Positions 10,679-19,595 are shown, counted from the first letter of the stretch. The stretch is DNA of 64,000 bases from an uncultured Actinomycetota bacterium (GCA_963770565.1 CAVYQE010000011.1:128001-192000); one strand, 5' to 3'. Numbers and translations: made by a program. Notes: generated by a model not told the origin, from the sequence alone.

Positions 10679-11431
10679 TCAACCGAGCCGGCGCGACAGG
10701 GGCCGGTAGAGCCAGGGCAGGTGCCGCCGAGCCTGGGTGGCGATGTCGAGCCAGGCCGGCACGGTACGACGAGCCGCGCCGCTCTCCAGCACCCCCACGA
10801 TCGCGGCGGCGATCCGCTCGGGCGGGATCGGGCGTGGCCACCGACGGTCGTAGGGGCGGCTTCGCTGCTCGTGGAACCGGGTGCGAACGACACCCGGCCG
10901 AACGGTGGACACGACCACCCCGGTGCCGCGAATCTCCTCGCGCAGAGAGTCGGCGAAGGACTCCAGTGCCGTCTTCGACAGTGAGTAAATGGCCTCGGTC
11001 GGGACCGGAAGGGTGCCGGCGATCGATGTCGTGAACACCAATGCGCCGCTGCGCTGATGGAGCAGCAGCGGCAGCGCCGCCCGGGCGAGCAGCATTGGTG
11101 CGCGCAGGTTTACCGCGATGAGATCGTCGATCGCCTCGACCGGCATCGTGGCGAAGTCGCCGACGTATCCGATGCCGGCATTGGCGATCACCGCGTCGAT
11201 CCGCCCGAAGGCCTCGAGGGTGGCCTCGATGACCTGATTTGGGTGGGACGAATCGGTCACATCGGCCACTACGGCGATTCCGTCGGTCTGATTCGCGACC
11301 TCCCGGACGGCCTCGGCGTCACGGTCGACCGCGGCGACCCGGGCCCCGCGCGCGGCCAGTGCGACGGCGGTCGCGCGCCCGATTCCATGGCCGGCGCCGG
11401 TCACGACGACCGCCGCGCGGCCTACATCCAT
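10679..11431 (-). CDS. Short-chain dehydrogenase/reductase
   Basis: TGAGHGIG, NAG and YSLSK. Start taken as the ATG at 11431 (MDVGRAAVVVTG). Confidence 0.85.
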   Translation of the reverse strand: MDVGRAAVVVTGAGHGIGRATAVALAARGARVAAVDRDAEAVREVANQTDGIAVVADVTDSSHPNQVIEATLEAFGRIDAVIANAGIGYVGDFATMPVEAIDDLIAVNLRAPMLLARAALPLLLHQRSGALVFTTSIAGTLPVPTEAIYSLSKTALESFADSLREEIRGTGVVVSTVRPGVVRTRFHEQRSRPYDRRWPRPIPPERIAAAIVGVLESGAARRTVPAWLDIATQARRHLPWLYRPLSRRLG

Positions 11432-11461
11432 CGGCCTATCGAAGCATGGTCCGAAGCCACT

Positions 11462-11482
11462 TTTCGTTACCGTTTCGTTACC
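11462..11482. promoter_or_regulatory. Direct repeat TTTCGTTACC x2 with 11-bp period (GTTAC-N6-GTTAC); candidate site for an OmpR-family regulator
   Basis: Seen directly in the divergent intergenic region. The spacing matches winged-helix response regulator sites (GlnR/MtrA-like). Confidence 0.45.
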
Positions 11483-11610
11483 TATTCGGCCGTCCAGGTG
11501 ACCCAAGGGGCCACCGAAGGACCTTTTCAGGGTCGTTTCGCGTCCAGCGAGATTTCCCGCCTTGTTGCATCCAGGCGCCGTCGGGCGCACGAAAAGGGAG
11601 AAGGATTTCG

Positions 11611-12297
11611 ATGTCGCAGCCCACCACACGGCGTCGCCGGCGCTCAGTTGTGCTCGCCGGTCTGCTGGGAACCGCCGTGTTCTCGGTGACCGCGGGCCTG
11701 TCGCTCGGCGGTTTCAGTGCCGGTATCACCAACCCCACCAACAGCTACTCCAGCGGCACCGTGGTGCTGAAGGAAGCTGCCGGGGCTACCAGCTGCTACT
11801 CGACCGGGGCCGGCACCACCGTCACCGCGTCGAACACCGCAAACTGCACGACCATCGACGACTTCGGCGGTGCGGTCAACCAGGGTCCTGGCTCGGCCGC
11901 GACCACCCAGGTCCTGAACCTGACCAACGTCGGCACGATCAACGGCGCGACCTTCGCGGTCAACCCGTCGGCGTGCGCAGCATCAGCGGCGAGCAACACC
12001 ACGCCGTACGCGGGCGGTGACACTGCCGGCTTCTGCGGCAAGGTCGACGTCACGATCCAGAACGACACGACCGGTACGCCGTCCTGCGTGTACCCGGCCG
12101 GTGCCGGTGCATGCCCGGCGCTGTCGTCCACGAACACCCTGGCCACTCTCGGTGCGTCGCCGTCGCTCTCGCTCGGTGCACTCGCCGCGGGCGCCACGGA
12201 CAAGTTCACCGTCAAGACCCAGATCGACAGCGGTGCGACCAACTCCGACCAGGGGTTGACCGCTTCGCTGCCCATGACCTGGGCGCTCAACCAGTAA
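11611..12297 (+). CDS. Secreted TasA/pilin-like protein with a SipW-class signal peptide
   Basis: RBS GGAGAAGG. Basic N-region (RRRRR), hydrophobic stretch, then GGFSAGITNPTNSYSSGTVVL (F..N...GT pattern). Paired cysteines; Ser/Thr/Gly/Ala-rich. Confidence 0.75.
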   Translation: MSQPTTRRRRRSVVLAGLLGTAVFSVTAGLSLGGFSAGITNPTNSYSSGTVVLKEAAGATSCYSTGAGTTVTASNTANCTTIDDFGGAVNQGPGSAATTQVLNLTNVGTINGATFAVNPSACAASAASNTTPYAGGDTAGFCGKVDVTIQNDTTGTPSCVYPAGAGACPALSSTNTLATLGASPSLSLGALAAGATDKFTVKTQIDSGATNSDQGLTASLPMTWALNQ

Positions 12298-12315
12298 GCG
12301 CGCATCCACGAGCCT

Positions 12316-12353
12316 GACTCCCGGGACTTCCCTGCAGGGAGGTCCCGGGAGTC
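12316..12353 (+). terminator. Strong intercistronic hairpin (terminator or mRNA stabiliser)
   Basis: GACTCCCGGGAC-TTCCCTGCAGGGAG-GTCCCGGGAGTC, a near-perfect 38-nt palindrome just after the stop. No U-tract. Confidence 0.6.
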
Positions 12354-12421
12354 GGCCACTCGTAGTCACCACCGCAGCACCCGGACGATCTGCCCAGTCG
12401 CCCAACCTGAATCGAGGATTC

Positions 12422-14485
12422 GTGACATCGCGTAGGCAGTCACGTGAGCGTCGCCGGCGAGCCAGCCTCGCCGGCCTCGTCGCGACCGCCGGAGTGGTGG
12501 CAGCACTGGTCGCGCAAGGGACGACGGCCGGCTTCACCAGCGGGATGAGCAGCAAGGGCACGTTCTCCTCCGGTACCGCGATCCTTGCCGACACCGTCGG
12601 CGCCACCACCTGCACCTCGTCGTCGGCGACGGTCTCGTCCGGCAACTCGACCAACTGCACGACCAACCCGCTGCCGAGCGGAACCTTGCCGGCCGGTACG
12701 ACGTCGCTGACGTCAACGCTCAGCGCCCCCGGCACCTTGATGAGCTCGGTCAAGGCCAACGGCCTGACCTGTGGAGTGCAGCAGGTCCGCGACGCCTCGT
12801 CGGGCGGGGCCGACACCGGCATCGTCCGCAACACGGTCACCAACGCAAGTGCTGGCCCGCTGGGCGGCACCGCGCTGGCCTTCACGCAGTCGACCTCGGC
12901 CTACGTGTCGACGGTCAAGTCCTACGCCAACCCGCAGACCTTCAGCATCGTCGCGTGGTTCAAGTACGCCGCAGGTGGGACCGGGACGATCATCGGCTTC
13001 ACCGACAACTCGATCAGTTCGGGCCAGTCGGTCTCGGACCGCCTGCTCTGGGTGAGCGGCGGGAAGCTCTACTGGGGCGTCAAGCCGGCTGGCACGATGA
13101 ACGAAGTCAGTGCCACCGTGTCGGCCGGGGCCTGGCACCTCGCGGTCGCCGAGATCGGGTCCAGCGGCCAGCGGCTCTACATCGACGGTGCGCTCGCGGC
13201 GTCGACCGCGGGGGTCACCGCGGCCGGTGCCTACACCGGCTACTGGCACCTCGGCTGGGGCAGCGAGACCGGATGGGCCAACGCACCGGCGAACGCGTTC
13301 TGGCCGGGCTCGCTGGCCGACGTCGCCGTCGTCTCGGCACAGCTCAGCGCCGCCCAGATCACCACGTTGTGGGGGCTGGCCACCAACACCGCCGAGCAGA
13401 CCCAGATCAACTCGCTCGCGCCGACCGCGTTCTGGCCGCTCGACGACCCGAGCACCTCGCTCTACAGCGGGAGCGTGCCGGGCACCGGCTTGCCGCCCTT
13501 CGCCGACGCGAGCGGCAATGGCAACACCGGGCAGGGCAACGGGACGATCACCACCGGCGTCACCGGTCCGCTGGGCGGCACGGCAGCGTCGTTCGACGGC
13601 AGTACGGCGTGGATGTCGACGACGACCCAGTACAGCGACCCGCACCCGCTGACGATCACTGCGTGGTTCAAGACCTCGATCGCGTCCGGAACGATCATCG
13701 AGTTCGCTGACATCCAGAACGGCCTGAGCGGCTTCACCACGTGGGACCGCCACATCTGGGTCGACCCGGCCGGGCACCTGGTCTGGGGCGTCTGGCCGAA
13801 CCAGGAGGAGCAGGTCACCTCGCCCGGCTCCTACGCCGACGGCAACTGGCACCAGGTCGCGGCCTCGGTCGGACCGGCCGGTCTCCTGCTGTACGTCGAC
13901 GGCTCGCTGGTCGCGTCGAACGCGGCGGTGACCGTGCCGCAGGTGTTCAACGGCTACTGGCGCCTCGGCGACGGCAATGAGAACAACGTCTGGACGGACG
14001 CGCCGCCCAATGTGCTCTGGCAGGGCAGCCTCGCCCAGGTCGCGGTCTACCCCGCGCAGCTCACTGCCGCGCAGATCTCCGCGCTCACCACGCCGTCCAC
14101 GGCGACGACCTACGAGAACGCGGTCCTGGCGCTGAACCCGACCTCATTCTGGGAGCTCAGCGACACCACCCCCTCGGTTTCGCCGTGCGGGCAGGTCGAC
14201 CTGACCATCCAGACGACGACCGGCGCGACCGTTGCCTGTGCCCTGCCGGCCGGCGCCGGGGCGTGCCCGGCACCTAGCTCGGCCGCGACGCTGGCATCCT
14301 GGGGCGCTGCACCGCTGACCGGCCTGACCGCAGGCGGCAGCCAGACCTTGAAGATGACCCTGGCACCGGGTACGTCGACGGTGGCGCTGAGCGGCGTCCA
14401 TATCAGCGGCACGATGTCGTTCTCTGCCACCGGCGCGGGCTTCACTGCGGTGCTCAACCACAACTACGGTCCGGTGACGCTGTGA
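12422..14485 (+). CDS. Secreted protein with a SipW-class signal peptide and two LamG/concanavalin-like domains
   Basis: GTTAGFTS..GTFSSGT signal region. Two internal repeats (GPLGGTA..F..., FSIVAWFK/LTITAWFK, WHLAV/WHQVA, LYIDG/LYVDG, GYW). Confidence 0.8.
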   Translation: MTSRRQSRERRRRASLAGLVATAGVVAALVAQGTTAGFTSGMSSKGTFSSGTAILADTVGATTCTSSSATVSSGNSTNCTTNPLPSGTLPAGTTSLTSTLSAPGTLMSSVKANGLTCGVQQVRDASSGGADTGIVRNTVTNASAGPLGGTALAFTQSTSAYVSTVKSYANPQTFSIVAWFKYAAGGTGTIIGFTDNSISSGQSVSDRLLWVSGGKLYWGVKPAGTMNEVSATVSAGAWHLAVAEIGSSGQRLYIDGALAASTAGVTAAGAYTGYWHLGWGSETGWANAPANAFWPGSLADVAVVSAQLSAAQITTLWGLATNTAEQTQINSLAPTAFWPLDDPSTSLYSGSVPGTGLPPFADASGNGNTGQGNGTITTGVTGPLGGTAASFDGSTAWMSTTTQYSDPHPLTITAWFKTSIASGTIIEFADIQNGLSGFTTWDRHIWVDPAGHLVWGVWPNQEEQVTSPGSYADGNWHQVAASVGPAGLLLYVDGSLVASNAAVTVPQVFNGYWRLGDGNENNVWTDAPPNVLWQGSLAQVAVYPAQLTAAQISALTTPSTATTYENAVLALNPTSFWELSDTTPSVSPCGQVDLTIQTTTGATVACALPAGAGACPAPSSAATLASWGAAPLTGLTAGGSQTLKMTLAPGTSTVALSGVHISGTMSFSATGAGFTAVLNHNYGPVTL

Positions 14486-15450
14486 CCGACGTGCTGACCG
14501 ACGAGCCGACGACGCCGGACGACGAAGCGGGCGAGACCCAGGTGCCGCCGCGGTCAAACCGGTCGGCCCTGTCCCGGTCGCTCTGGTACGGAACGATCGT
14601 GGTGCTGGCGGCCTTTCTTCTGGCCTGCGGGATCTGGACGCTGACCGGTGGACGGACCTACGTAGTGACGACACCGAGCATGAGCCCGGGAGTGCCGGTC
14701 GGATCGCTCGTCCTGGTCCGGCCCGACCCGCCCGGCGGGCCGCACGTCGGCCAGATCATCGCCTTCCATCCGCCGAACGAGCCGAAGACGACGTACACGC
14801 ACCGGGTCATCGCGGTCAACGCGGACGGCACCTACTCGACCAAGGGCGACCTTGACTCGACTCCGGACGCCTGGGTGCTCAAGCGCAGCCAGATCATCGG
14901 CGTCGCGACCCACCACTTCAAGGGTCTCGGCTGGGTGGTGCGGGCTCTGCCCTGGCTGGCCCTCGGCGCTGTTCTGCTGATGGCGATCGTGATGTTCCTG
15001 CCGCGTTCGCGACGACGGATCGCCTCGTTCGTCGGCGGCACGATCGTGGTGTCGGTGCCGATTCTCGTGTTGCATCCGTTGGTGCGCGGGGTCTTCGCGG
15101 GCTCGGGCCTGATCAGCGGACGAATCCACGCGCTGGTCGTCAACACCGGGCTGTTGCCCTTGCGCTTCACGATGAAGGGCTCCCCGTCGGCGCATACCGC
15201 CGCCGGCTACCCGGCGAGGCTGGTCGCCAAGCCACCACCGCACCATGGCTTCCTCACGATCACCGGCGCGGTCGACCTGTCGGTCTGGGGCTGGGTGGTC
15301 CTGATCCTGGTTTGCCTGGCACCACTGTTGATCGCGCTCGCGGTGCCGACGAGCTTCTGGACCGGCCCGGCCGAGGACTCCGACGACGATGCAGCCTCGG
15401 ATGAGGCAGAGTCGGCGGACGAGGTTGCGGTCAGCCCGTCGCCGGCCTGA
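14482..15450 (+). CDS. Signal peptidase I, SipW-type (S26), with extra C-terminal transmembrane helices
   Basis: VTTPSMSP (catalytic Ser), YTHRVI (His) and TKGD; translationally coupled to the upstream gene. Confidence 0.82.
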   Translation: MTDVLTDEPTTPDDEAGETQVPPRSNRSALSRSLWYGTIVVLAAFLLACGIWTLTGGRTYVVTTPSMSPGVPVGSLVLVRPDPPGGPHVGQIIAFHPPNEPKTTYTHRVIAVNADGTYSTKGDLDSTPDAWVLKRSQIIGVATHHFKGLGWVVRALPWLALGAVLLMAIVMFLPRSRRRIASFVGGTIVVSVPILVLHPLVRGVFAGSGLISGRIHALVVNTGLLPLRFTMKGSPSAHTAAGYPARLVAKPPPHHGFLTITGAVDLSVWGWVVLILVCLAPLLIALAVPTSFWTGPAEDSDDDAASDEAESADEVAVSPSPA

Positions 15451-15467
15451 CGTTTCCCGGGCGGTCG

Positions 15468-16835
15468 CTATCCGCCGGGCGGAAGGCTGATCGTGAAGCA
15501 CGCCCCGCCTTCAGGGGCATGGCCGGCCGTGGCGCCGCCACCGAGCCTGGTCGCCAGCGCCCCGACCAGAGCAAGACCGAGCCCGGTCCCGACCCGGCGG
15601 ACCCCGCGGTATCGCTCATAGAGCACCGACCGGTCGAAGGCCACCGGGAGGTCCTCGTCGTGCAAGCCGGGTCCGCCGTCGCGCACCTCGACCTGCACCG
15701 CGGCCGGGCCGCGGCGGAGCGCGAGGACGATCGGCTGCCCGGTCGGCGTCACTCGTAGCGCGTTCTCGGTCAGGCCGTCGATCAGCTGCCGCACCCTGGT
15801 CGGGTCGGTTCGCACCAGGACCGCTTCCGCCGGCGACTCGACCCGGAGCTCCACGCCGACCTGCTCGCAGCGCCGGTGCCAGACTTCGGCGGCGCCGAGG
15901 ACGACCGTTCGCAGGTCGAGGTCGACCGGATCGATCCGGAAGTCGTGCGCGCCGAGCCGGGCGAGATCGAGCAGGTCGGCGACCAGCCGGTCGAGCCGCT
16001 CGGCCTCGGCCAGGATCGTCGCGCCGGCCGGCCGGACGTCATCGCCGGTGCTGACGCCGTCCGCGAGCGCTTCGGAGAACCCGCGGATCGCCGTGAGCGG
16101 CGTACGAAGCTCGTGCGAGACCGACAGCAGGAACTCGCGTTCGCGTTGCTCGCTGGTCCGCAGTGCACTGCCGAGCGTGTTGAGCGCATCGGTGACCGCG
16201 GCGACTTCCTGCGGTCCCTCGGGCGTGATGTGGACCGAGCGGTCGCCGGCCGCGATCTGCATCGCACCGGCCGCGGTCGCATGCAGCGGGCGAGCAACGC
16301 GCCGGGCCAGCAGGACGCCGGCCAGCGCCCCGCCGATCAGGCCGGCGAGCAGCGCGAGCAGCTCCGCGTGCCGGATGTCGCGTGCGGTCGCGGAGGGCAG
16401 CCCGGTCGGCTGGGCGAGCACGATCGCGCCACCGGCTTGCAGCGGGCGGCCCTCGACCACGAGCCGCTGACCGTCGATCGTGCGGCGCCCCGAGATCGCC
16501 TGTCCGGACCGCAGCGTCGACAGGTCGGCGCTCGACACCGTGAGGTCGCCCCGGCTCTGCCCCGCGGCGGAGATCAACTCGATCTGGATCGCGCCGCCCG
16601 ACGTCGAACGGTTGGCCAGCGCGGTCAGCACCCGGACGTCACCGGCCCGACTCGGCGCGAGGCCGGCGACCAGGTTGGCGTCCCTGGCCAGCCGGTTGTC
16701 CTCGGCGCGGGTGATCGCGGCCCGGACCAGGCTGACCGACACCACGGTCGCGAGCGCGACGGCCACGAAGGCGACGGCCGTCGTGACGAGCCCGATGTGG
16801 ACCGCCAGGCTGCGCTGCTTGCGAGCCGGGCTCAT
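15468..16835 (-). CDS. HAMP-domain sensor histidine kinase
   Basis: Two TM helices, HAMP domain, SHELRTPL, ENALR, DGGPG and GTGLGL. The ATG at 16835 overlaps the response regulator stop. Confidence 0.92.
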   Translation of the reverse strand: MSPARKQRSLAVHIGLVTTAVAFVAVALATVVSVSLVRAAITRAEDNRLARDANLVAGLAPSRAGDVRVLTALANRSTSGGAIQIELISAAGQSRGDLTVSSADLSTLRSGQAISGRRTIDGQRLVVEGRPLQAGGAIVLAQPTGLPSATARDIRHAELLALLAGLIGGALAGVLLARRVARPLHATAAGAMQIAAGDRSVHITPEGPQEVAAVTDALNTLGSALRTSEQREREFLLSVSHELRTPLTAIRGFSEALADGVSTGDDVRPAGATILAEAERLDRLVADLLDLARLGAHDFRIDPVDLDLRTVVLGAAEVWHRRCEQVGVELRVESPAEAVLVRTDPTRVRQLIDGLTENALRVTPTGQPIVLALRRGPAAVQVEVRDGGPGLHDEDLPVAFDRSVLYERYRGVRRVGTGLGLALVGALATRLGGGATAGHAPEGGACFTISLPPGG

Positions 16836-17515
16836 CCGCCGGCGGCGTACCCGACGCCGCGCACCGTGCGGATCGGACTGGCCGGCCCGAGCTTGGCCCG
16901 AAGCTGCGCGACGTGGACATCGACGGTGCGGGTGCCGGCCGCAGCCTGGTAGCCCCACACGTGCGCCAGCAGCTGTTCGCGGTCGTAGACCTGTCCGGGT
17001 CGGCGGAGCAGAAAGGCCAGCAGCGCGAACTCGGTCGCGGTCAGCTCGACCGGTTCGCCGGCAACCGACGCCAGGTGGCGATCGAGATCGAGGGTCACCT
17101 CGCCGACCTGCAGCGACCGCACCGCGGCCGGTGCTGACCGCCGAAGGATCGCCTTGACCCGGGCCACCAGCTCGCGCGGCGAGAACGGCTTGGTGAGGTA
17201 GTCGTCGGCACCGAGCTCGAGGCCGATCAGCCGGTCGACCTCGTCGCCGCGGGCGGTGACGATCAACACCGGGGTCCAGTCGTCGGCGGCCCGCAACGCG
17301 CGACAGACCGCCAGGCCGTCCATGGTGGGCAGACCGATGTCCAGGACGAGGGCGACCGGGTGCAGGCGCCGCGCCGTATCCAGGACCGCCTGTCCGTCGG
17401 ACTCGACGTGCACCCCGAACCCCTCGCGGGACAGGTAGAGCCGCTCGAGATCGGCGATCGGGGTCTCGTCCTCGCCGACCAGGACGAGACCCCGGCTGGC
17501 GGCGCCCTCGCTCAT
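16832..17515 (-). CDS. OmpR/PhoB-family response regulator
   Basis: LDIGLP, GADDYLTKPFSPREL, RTVDVHVAQLRAKL and TVRGVGY. Confidence 0.95.
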   Translation of the reverse strand: MSEGAASRGLVLVGEDETPIADLERLYLSREGFGVHVESDGQAVLDTARRLHPVALVLDIGLPTMDGLAVCRALRAADDWTPVLIVTARGDEVDRLIGLELGADDYLTKPFSPRELVARVKAILRRSAPAAVRSLQVGEVTLDLDRHLASVAGEPVELTATEFALLAFLLRRPGQVYDREQLLAHVWGYQAAAGTRTVDVHVAQLRAKLGPASPIRTVRGVGYAAGG

Positions 17516-17550
17516 TACGTCACCGTAAGCGGCGGGAGCGGCCAGGACCG

Positions 17551-18009
17551 TCAGCCGGCGCCGGACGCGCCTCGGACGCCGCGGATGGACCGCGCGGTGA
17601 GCGTCCCGCTGTGGTCGAGTGCGACGACCCAGACGTGGTCGCCGGTTGCGAGATCCGATGCCTTCAGCGCCTTGCCGTACGACCGGATCTTGGTCGCCGA
17701 GGTGAGGACGTAGTCATCGGTCACGCCGTCGCTGCTGCGCACCGTGAGTGCGGTCGGGGTCACCGAGGTGATCCGGCCCTGCTGGAGATCGACCGTGACG
17801 GTCCCTTTGCGGGCCTTCAGGACGAACTCGCCGTGCAGCATCCGTCGCAGGATGGGATGGTGCCGCGCGGCCGTCGCCGACGCCGCGCTCGCGCTTGTCG
17901 GTTGCTTGGTGGAGGCGGAGTCGGCGTACGCGACGCCGGCGACGCCGGACCCGATGACGGCAAGTGCAGCCACCGAGGCGGCTGCCCGAAGTCGACTCGT
18001 CATGAGCAT
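17551..18009 (-). CDS. Secreted protein with OB-fold-like repeat (DUF5666-like), first gene of the two-component operon
   Basis: Signal peptide ending AYA-D; HGEFV..V..QQGRITSV...LTVRSSDG; RBS GAGGA. Confidence 0.65.
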   Translation of the reverse strand: MLMTSRLRAAASVAALAVIGSGVAGVAYADSASTKQPTSASAASATAARHHPILRRMLHGEFVLKARKGTVTVDLQQGRITSVTPTALTVRSSDGVTDDYVLTSATKIRSYGKALKASDLATGDHVWVVALDHSGTLTARSIRGVRGASGAG

Positions 18010-18116
18010 TTCCTCTCGATCGGTGATGTCAGGATCGAGAGAACCGCACCCGCGTGCGGCGACCGTTCGGCGAATGTTCGGATCGGGTAAAGGTGGTCAG
18101 GATCCGGCCGGGCGCG

Positions 18117-18893
18117 CTAGAGGCCGCCCGCGACCCGGAGCACCGCGCCGGTCACGTACGACGCCTCGTCGCTGAGCAGCCAGGCGATCGCCTGGGCGAT
18201 CTCGAGCGGCTCGCCGGTGCGCTGCAGCGGAGCCTGTGCAGCGACCCGGTCCGGGCGACCCGGGTTGCCGGCGGCAGCATGGATCGCGGTGCGAACCGTC
18301 CCGGGCGCGACCGCGTTGACCCGGATGCCCTCCGCACCGACCTCCTTGGCCAGGCCCATCGTGAAGGCATCGACGCCGGCCTTCGCCGCGGCGTAGTGGA
18401 CGTACTCGTGCGGTGACCCGATCGTCGCGGCCGCGGATGAGATGTTGACGATGGCTCCGCCGCGCCCGCCCCGGCGGGTCGACATCGACTGGACGGCGCG
18501 ACGGGCGCAGAGGATGACCGCGAGCAGGTTCACCTCGACGACCTGTTGGACGATCTCCGGCGCGGTGTCGGCGAGGTCGCCGACGTGGGCGAGTGTCCCG
18601 GCGTTGTTGACCAGGCCGGTGACCGGGCCGAGCCGCTCCTCGGCCTCGGCGAACAGCCGCTCGACGTCGGCGGCCCGGCTGACGTCGGCCTTGACCGCGA
18701 TCGCCCGGACCGGGGTCGCGAGGATGGCATCGACAGTGGCCAGCGCAGCCAGATCGTCGTTGAGATAGCCCACCACCACGTCGTGGCCGGCCTTGGCCAG
18801 GTGGTGGGCGGTGGCCGCCCCGATGCCACGGCCGCCACCGGTGACGATCGTGACCCGCTGGGTGTCCTCGGTCGTCACCGCCCCATCATCCAC
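18117..18893 (-). CDS. Short-chain dehydrogenase/reductase
   Basis: TGGGRGIG, NNAG, YAAAK and SYVTGAVLRVAGG. Confidence 0.92.
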   Translation of the reverse strand: MDDGAVTTEDTQRVTIVTGGGRGIGAATAHHLAKAGHDVVVGYLNDDLAALATVDAILATPVRAIAVKADVSRAADVERLFAEAEERLGPVTGLVNNAGTLAHVGDLADTAPEIVQQVVEVNLLAVILCARRAVQSMSTRRGGRGGAIVNISSAAATIGSPHEYVHYAAAKAGVDAFTMGLAKEVGAEGIRVNAVAPGTVRTAIHAAAGNPGRPDRVAAQAPLQRTGEPLEIAQAIAWLLSDEASYVTGAVLRVAGGL

Positions 18894-18930
18894 CGCGACC
18901 CGAGTGAACGGCGCTCAGGTCCGGCGCCGG

Positions 18931-19272
18931 TCAGGCAGTCAGCGAGTCGTCGGCGGGTCGGCGGATGACGCGCTGGTCGGGCTCGGTCGCCAGTCGGGCC
19001 ATCACGCCGTACGACGCTCCCACCGCACTGAGCCGGCCGGCCGGCGAAGCGGACCGGGTGGCGTCCTCGGAGCGGAGCAGGATCAGCCCTTCGTCGGCGA
19101 GTGACTTCGCGGCGCGGCGCAGGCTCTCGACCCGGGACCGGGTCGGTGCGTCACCAGCGATGGCGATCAGCGGCACGTAAGCACCGTGCTCGCCGCGGGC
19201 GAGCGCGTCCTCCTCGAACCGAAGCAGGAACTCCAGCACCTGTAGCTGGATCCGCCCGTGTCCGCGGCTCAT
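18931..19272 (-). CDS. Hypothetical protein, possibly winged-helix-like
   Basis: 113-aa ORF. SRVESLRRAAKSLADEGLI resembles a wHTH recognition helix plus wing. Confidence 0.5.
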   Translation of the reverse strand: MSRGHGRIQLQVLEFLLRFEEDALARGEHGAYVPLIAIAGDAPTRSRVESLRRAAKSLADEGLILLRSEDATRSASPAGRLSAVGASYGVMARLATEPDQRVIRRPADDSLTA

Positions 19273-19498
19273 CGCGGTTGACCCGGCGGCCGGTCGTGCC
19301 GACTGATCGGGAGTGGGGGGCGGCGTCGCAGGGCGCGGCCGGTGCGCTCGCTCACCGGTTCGGCCCAGTCAATCCTGCGCAGTAGTGCAGGACCGCGCCA
19401 GGTTGGGGAGAAAGGCCCAAAGTGCGCTCTTCGTAGAAAAGCGCCACTCTTTCCGCCGGCATCCCACGTCCTTCGCTTGACTGGCCACCGGAGAATAC

Positions 19499-19517
19499 CT
19501 TGACTCATCGAGTCAAG
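19499..19517. promoter_or_regulatory. Perfect palindrome CTTGACTC-ATC-GAGTCAAG, candidate operator
   Basis: 8-bp arms with a 3-nt spacer in an A-rich intergenic region about 80 nt upstream of the peptide gene. An extra CTTGACT half-site lies at 19476. Confidence 0.6.
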
Positions 19518-19595
19518 TCATTGTCAACACTCGGAAAAACAGAGCCAACACCCGCAAGAAACAGACACCAACACTCAGAAATTCGGAGGGTAATC

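Noticed and set aside
19500-19595. 90-aa version of the peptide ORF starting at 19500
   Set aside because: It starts inside the palindrome with no RBS. The ATG at 19596 has GGAGGG and gives a clean signal peptide.
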